DNA from: Candidatus Asgardarchaeum abyssi
Lineage (GTDB): Archaea > Asgardarchaeota > Asgardarchaeia > Asgardarchaeales > Asgardarchaeaceae
Assembly (NCBI GenBank): GCA_040225955.1
Contig: JBECUL010000067.1
Span: 1-10,437 of the forward strand
Reading direction: 5' to 3'
DNA: 10,437 nt
The position numbers and the translations under genes were made by a program. Of the stretch, positions 6,971 to 10,437 are shown piece by piece; positions within the stretch are counted from its first letter, which is position 1; every line of letters starts with the position of its first letter. Under the pieces are notes generated by a model. The model was not told the origin of the DNA and did no database searches. It was given only the letters and a program-made list of their open reading frames with translations.

Positions 6971-7514
6971 GTGAGTTGACACTGTTGATTGATTGATTTT
7001 GATTCTATATTAATAATTTAATGTTCTAGTTTTTACTAGTTATATAATATATGAGAATTTGTTTATTTTTAGACATTCATGTCGATTTACGAACAATAAT
7101 AATAATTTAACTATATAGTTATTTGTATAATTATTTTGTTTAGGTAACTTATCATGCTTGTTTTTTAATACAAAATTGCGTTTATTACTCAGTTTATAAA
7201 TAGTCTTTTTTGATAATTTTTAGACAAATATAGAGAATCTTTAATGCAAAATTTTTATAATGAAAGTTGCAATATGTACATTTCTAATTTTTATAAAACA
7301 GCGGTTCACCAATATTTCCAAAAATAGCACATCAGAAAATGATTTTTCTAATTACCTTTGCACTTAGCTTCACTATTAGATAATTACTAACTTTCTTATT
7401 GAATAATTAGTAGAATTTAACTAAATAATCAAAATAATTAAAGTATGCATATATTAATCGGCTTATTGATAAAGCTGCCAAAACGTTTAAAAAAGTAAGC
7501 AAAGATAATATTAT

Positions 7515-7727
7515 GTGGTGATTTACTTGGACCGAATTGTAGTAAAAGTAAAGGATATATTTTCGCCAGATGATGAAATAGCCATTATCAGAGTGGGAGA
7601 TAGATATATTATTGAAAAGATCAGTCCAGAAAAGGTGCTAAACAGGATTTCTGAGAAATTCCGCAATTTATCTGATGAAGAAAAAGTGAAAATCGCTCTT
7701 GAGGCCAAAAAATGGTCAAGAAAATAA
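7515..7727 (+). CDS. Putative antitoxin, AbrB/MazE-like
   Basis: FSPDDEIAIIRVGDRYIIEKI resembles the AbrB-type pGD.v...dg..iii.k segment. Small, overlaps the downstream PIN gene. An alternative start is TTG 7527 (GGTGA at 7517-7521). Confidence 0.62.
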   Translation: MVIYLDRIVVKVKDIFSPDDEIAIIRVGDRYIIEKISPEKVLNRISEKFRNLSDEEKVKIALEAKKWSRK

Positions 7728-8158
7728 TTGTTGACACTTCTGTATTAATCGCTGGTATTTTAGGTAATAGTACTTCAAGAATTCTTCTTAATTTAATTTT
7801 TAAGGGAAAAGTAAAGATCTTGTTATCACATGATATTTTTGACGAATACATTGCAGCATCACACTATTCAAAAATTGTTAAAAGGGTCGATACAGGTCTT
7901 TTGGACTATATTCTAGACGCAATCTTCAAGAAAGCAGAAATTTTAGACGTTAATATTGAAGTGAATTTATGTAGAGATCCAAAGGATAACAAATTTTTTA
8001 GCCTTGCAATCTATGGAGATGCGGAGGCAATTGTCACATGGGATTCGGATATACTATCTCTCAGGAACGAAAACAAAATCTTTACATACAAACATAAGAA
8101 AATATATATCCTTACTCCTCCAGAATTCTTAGGGATGATATCGTTTTCTGTATCATAG
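7712..8158 (+). CDS. PIN-domain toxin, PIN_3 / TIGR00305 type
   Basis: IIVDTSVLI...S.DIFDEY...CRDPKDNKFFSLAIYGDAEAIVTWDSDILSL...ILTPPEFL is the characteristic CRDPxDNKF...IVTxDxDLL...I.TP.EF pattern. Confidence 0.92.
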   Translation: MVKKIIVDTSVLIAGILGNSTSRILLNLIFKGKVKILLSHDIFDEYIAASHYSKIVKRVDTGLLDYILDAIFKKAEILDVNIEVNLCRDPKDNKFFSLAIYGDAEAIVTWDSDILSLRNENKIFTYKHKKIYILTPPEFLGMISFSVS

Positions 8159-8163
8159 TATAC

Positions 8164-8180
8164 ACTCTTCGAAGAGTTTT
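8164..8180 (+). terminator. Hairpin followed by a short T-run after the PIN_3 gene
   Basis: Perfect palindrome ACTCTTCGAAGAGT (8164-8177) followed by TTT, 5 nt after the stop codon. Confidence 0.35.
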
Positions 8181-8382
8181 CTCGTCAGTAATGTAGAAAA
8201 GCGTGTGATAAAACTTTGAGACGGAGAATAATTTAGCGAAAACTGTTTGTGTAGCAGTCTCCCAAAAAAATAGTAAATCTTGGTTTGTACAACTTATTTT
8301 TCCTTAAGATGATTAAAATTATGAGTACCCGTTCATATGAGATACAGAAAATTTAATTAGTTGAAACACGAGTATTATACTC

Positions 8383-9810
8383 ATGATTCAACAATTTATA
8401 AATAGAGTTGAGGAGCTCAGGTTTCTTGAGGAACATTATAAGAGTAGGCATTCAGAGCTGATTATAATATATGGGCGAAGAAGAATTGGGAAGACCGAGC
8501 TTATTGCACAATTTATCAAGGACAAGCCAGCAATTTATCTACTAGCCACATATAAGCCGTTGCATGAAATCATAAAGGAATTGCAGCTTAAGATGGCAAA
8601 GCTTCTCAAAAATAGGCTTTTTGAAAAACTGGAGATAAATAATTTTGAGGACTTATTTTTAGAGTTCATAGAGTTTCTTAAAAAGAGTAAAATTACAGAG
8701 AAGGTGGTTATCTGTATAGATGAGTTTCCAATCTTAATACAACGTGATAAGGGAATAGTATCCATTTTTCAGAAAATATGGGACGAACACTTAAGAAAGG
8801 AGAATATCATGCTGATCTTATTAGGATCCAGCATCAGTATGATGGAGACTGATGTTTTGGGATACAAGAGTCCTCTCTATGGCAGGCGAACTGGTCAGTG
8901 GCTTGTGGAAGAGTTTAAAATCACATCGCTTATGGATTACTTTTGGAAATATAGTAAGATAGACATTATAAGAACGTATGGTGTGATTGGCGGGGTGCCA
9001 GGATATATTACAAAGTTTGATCCAGATTTGAGCTTGCTGGGGAATATAAGGGAGAAAATATTTAGGAAAGGTGAGTTTTTGTACGATGAGCCAGAAATAT
9101 TAATGCGTGAGAAGCTTAGAGACCCAACCAACTATTTTTCAATTCTTAGAGCAATTGCTTCAGGAAGCAATACATTTGGGAAAATTGTGGATTCAACAGG
9201 ATTAGATAAATCACTGGTTTCTAAATATCTTTCTATGTTGCAGAGTCTTAGGATTGTAGAGCGTGACATTCCAATATTCAGCTCATTGAAAGCGCAGATA
9301 AAAGTCAAGAGAGGGCAATATAAGATAAATGATAACTTCTTCAGATTTTGGTTTAATTATGTTTATCCTTTCAAATCAGAAATTGAGGCAAACAACATTG
9401 ACTATGTAACGGCTCAGCTTAATGAGACGTTCAATACCTATATGGGTTTTATTTTTGAGGATTTAGTGAGAAAGCCATACATTGCAAGAGCGCTCGTGCC
9501 ATTTTATTATACTGATCTTGGACGATGGTGGTATAAGGATAAAGAAATAGATTTAGTGGCTGCAAACTCACGCGAGAGAAAGATATTTTTCATGGAAGTT
9601 AAATGGAGTAAACTTTCATTGAGGGAAGCTAAAACTATACTCAAGGAATTAAAAGAGAAAGCGAAACATGTTGATTGGAATATTGATAAAAGGAAGGAAT
9701 ATTATGGTGTCATAGCTATAGAGATCGAAGACAAAAATGAATTAGAAAGCGAAGAAACTGTTGCCTATTCGGTAGATGACTTGTTCCGCATACTTAGTAT
9801 TTTTCCTTAA
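8383..9810 (+). CDS. Archaeal ATPase (ATPase_2 / COG1672) with wHTH and C-terminal DUF234 PD-(D/E)xK nuclease-like domain
   Basis: FINRVEEL, Walker A YGRRRIGKT, Walker B VICIDEF, LLGSS, SPLYGRRT, GGVPGY, wHTH (FGKIVDSTGLDKSLVSKYLSML), DNFFRFWF, FE...GRWW...EIDLVA...FMEVKW. Confidence 0.94.
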   Translation: MIQQFINRVEELRFLEEHYKSRHSELIIIYGRRRIGKTELIAQFIKDKPAIYLLATYKPLHEIIKELQLKMAKLLKNRLFEKLEINNFEDLFLEFIEFLKKSKITEKVVICIDEFPILIQRDKGIVSIFQKIWDEHLRKENIMLILLGSSISMMETDVLGYKSPLYGRRTGQWLVEEFKITSLMDYFWKYSKIDIIRTYGVIGGVPGYITKFDPDLSLLGNIREKIFRKGEFLYDEPEILMREKLRDPTNYFSILRAIASGSNTFGKIVDSTGLDKSLVSKYLSMLQSLRIVERDIPIFSSLKAQIKVKRGQYKINDNFFRFWFNYVYPFKSEIEANNIDYVTAQLNETFNTYMGFIFEDLVRKPYIARALVPFYYTDLGRWWYKDKEIDLVAANSRERKIFFMEVKWSKLSLREAKTILKELKEKAKHVDWNIDKRKEYYGVIAIEIEDKNELESEETVAYSVDDLFRILSIFP

Positions 9811-9947
9811 AAGAAAAGATAGAATATCATTCTATTCGGTTTGCAATCGTTATTCGGAGAATATATTATAAATACTAAGATACATTTATTAGCTCTCGTA
9901 AAATAGATAATCTAGTAAAGAGAGTAAAAAACAGCTAGGTGATTTCT

Positions 9948-10437
9948 ATGACCGATGGAGAGGCATATGCTTTTGAGAAATCACCAAACATTCTTGTGGC
10001 ATTAGTTTTTTCATTTCTGATATTCCTGATAGTGTCATATGTAAGTTTTTCTCTGGTCCGCACCTTTCCTTCAGAGCTTATTATTGCGATTTTTGCGGTT
10101 GGCATTCTTCATACAGCAGCGGGGCTTTTTGGACTTAGGCTGAACATAGGTAGTCTCATTGGAGCCGTATTTGGTTCGTACCTGGGATATCTGCTCGTGT
10201 TTAATTATTTTGAATTGAGGTACGGTATTTTCCATATGCTTGAAGTTCCCATAACCATGATCATCGCAAAGGTATTAATGACCTACTTTAGCAAACGCGG
10301 AGAGCTGGAAACCTTTAAAGAAATAGGAAGATTTTTGATATTTGCAGGAATAGTTGGCTGTTCTGCATTTCTGTCACTAATACTCATAGTTATCATTGCA
10401 GATATTGTAAATCAGATAAATTTTCTTTCCTATATTG
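9948..10437 (+). CDS. Multi-pass membrane protein, 3'-partial (possibly MASE1-like sensor domain)
   Basis: AGGTGA (9937-9942) then ATG 9948. Frame open to the window end: MTDGEAYAFEKSPNILVALVFSFLIFLIVSYVSF...FAVGILHTAAGLFGLRLNIGSLIGAVFG...HMLEVPITMIIAK...LETFKEIGRFLIFAGIVG. About 5 hydrophobic segments. Absent from the ORF track because it has no stop in the window. Confidence 0.75.
   Translation, partial: MTDGEAYAFEKSPNILVALVFSFLIFLIVSYVSFSLVRTFPSELIIAIFAVGILHTAAGLFGLRLNIGSLIGAVFGSYLGYLLVFNYFELRYGIFHMLEVPITMIIAKVLMTYFSKRGELETFKEIGRFLIFAGIVGCSAFLSLILIVIIADIVNQINFLSYI

Noticed and set aside
5200-7514. tRNA or structured ncRNA in the long intergenic flanks
   Set aside because: The DNA is very AT-rich with no cloverleaf or GC-rich stems visible. 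A covariance-model search would be needed to exclude this fully.
7523-7851. Two minus-strand ORFs (61 and 76 aa)
   Set aside because: Shadows of the antitoxin/PIN_3 pair.
8535-9131. Two minus-strand ORFs (76 and 64 aa)
   Set aside because: Shadows inside the ATPase gene.

Overview
AT-rich accessory or defence-type island, most likely archaeal (GGTG/AGGTGA ribosome-binding sites, TATA-like boxes, archaeal VapB, MNT-HEPN and COG1672 ATPase families). Left to right: (1) the 3' part of a TPR + WD40 gene whose six 126-bp repeats are near-identical and form a mosaic of interchangeable half-repeats; (2) a HEPN/DUF86 toxin broken off just before its catalytic motif; (3) an intact VapBC pair; (4) a DUF422/CruF-like membrane gene with an in-frame TGA, and a small membrane ORF upstream of it; (5) a second VapBC pair; (6) an MNT-HEPN pair with three separate lesions; (7) a solitary small serine recombinase between two long non-coding AT-rich flanks with inverted repeats; (8) a third TA pair (AbrB-like + PIN_3); (9) an archaeal ATPase-wHTH-DUF234 gene; (10) the start of a multi-pass membrane protein, possibly MASE1-like, running off the right edge. 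All + strand genes look intact, while all four recognisable-family genes on the - strand are damaged. The most promising signal is the combinatorially shuffled WD40 array. All family assignments come from motif recognition by eye, not from database searches.
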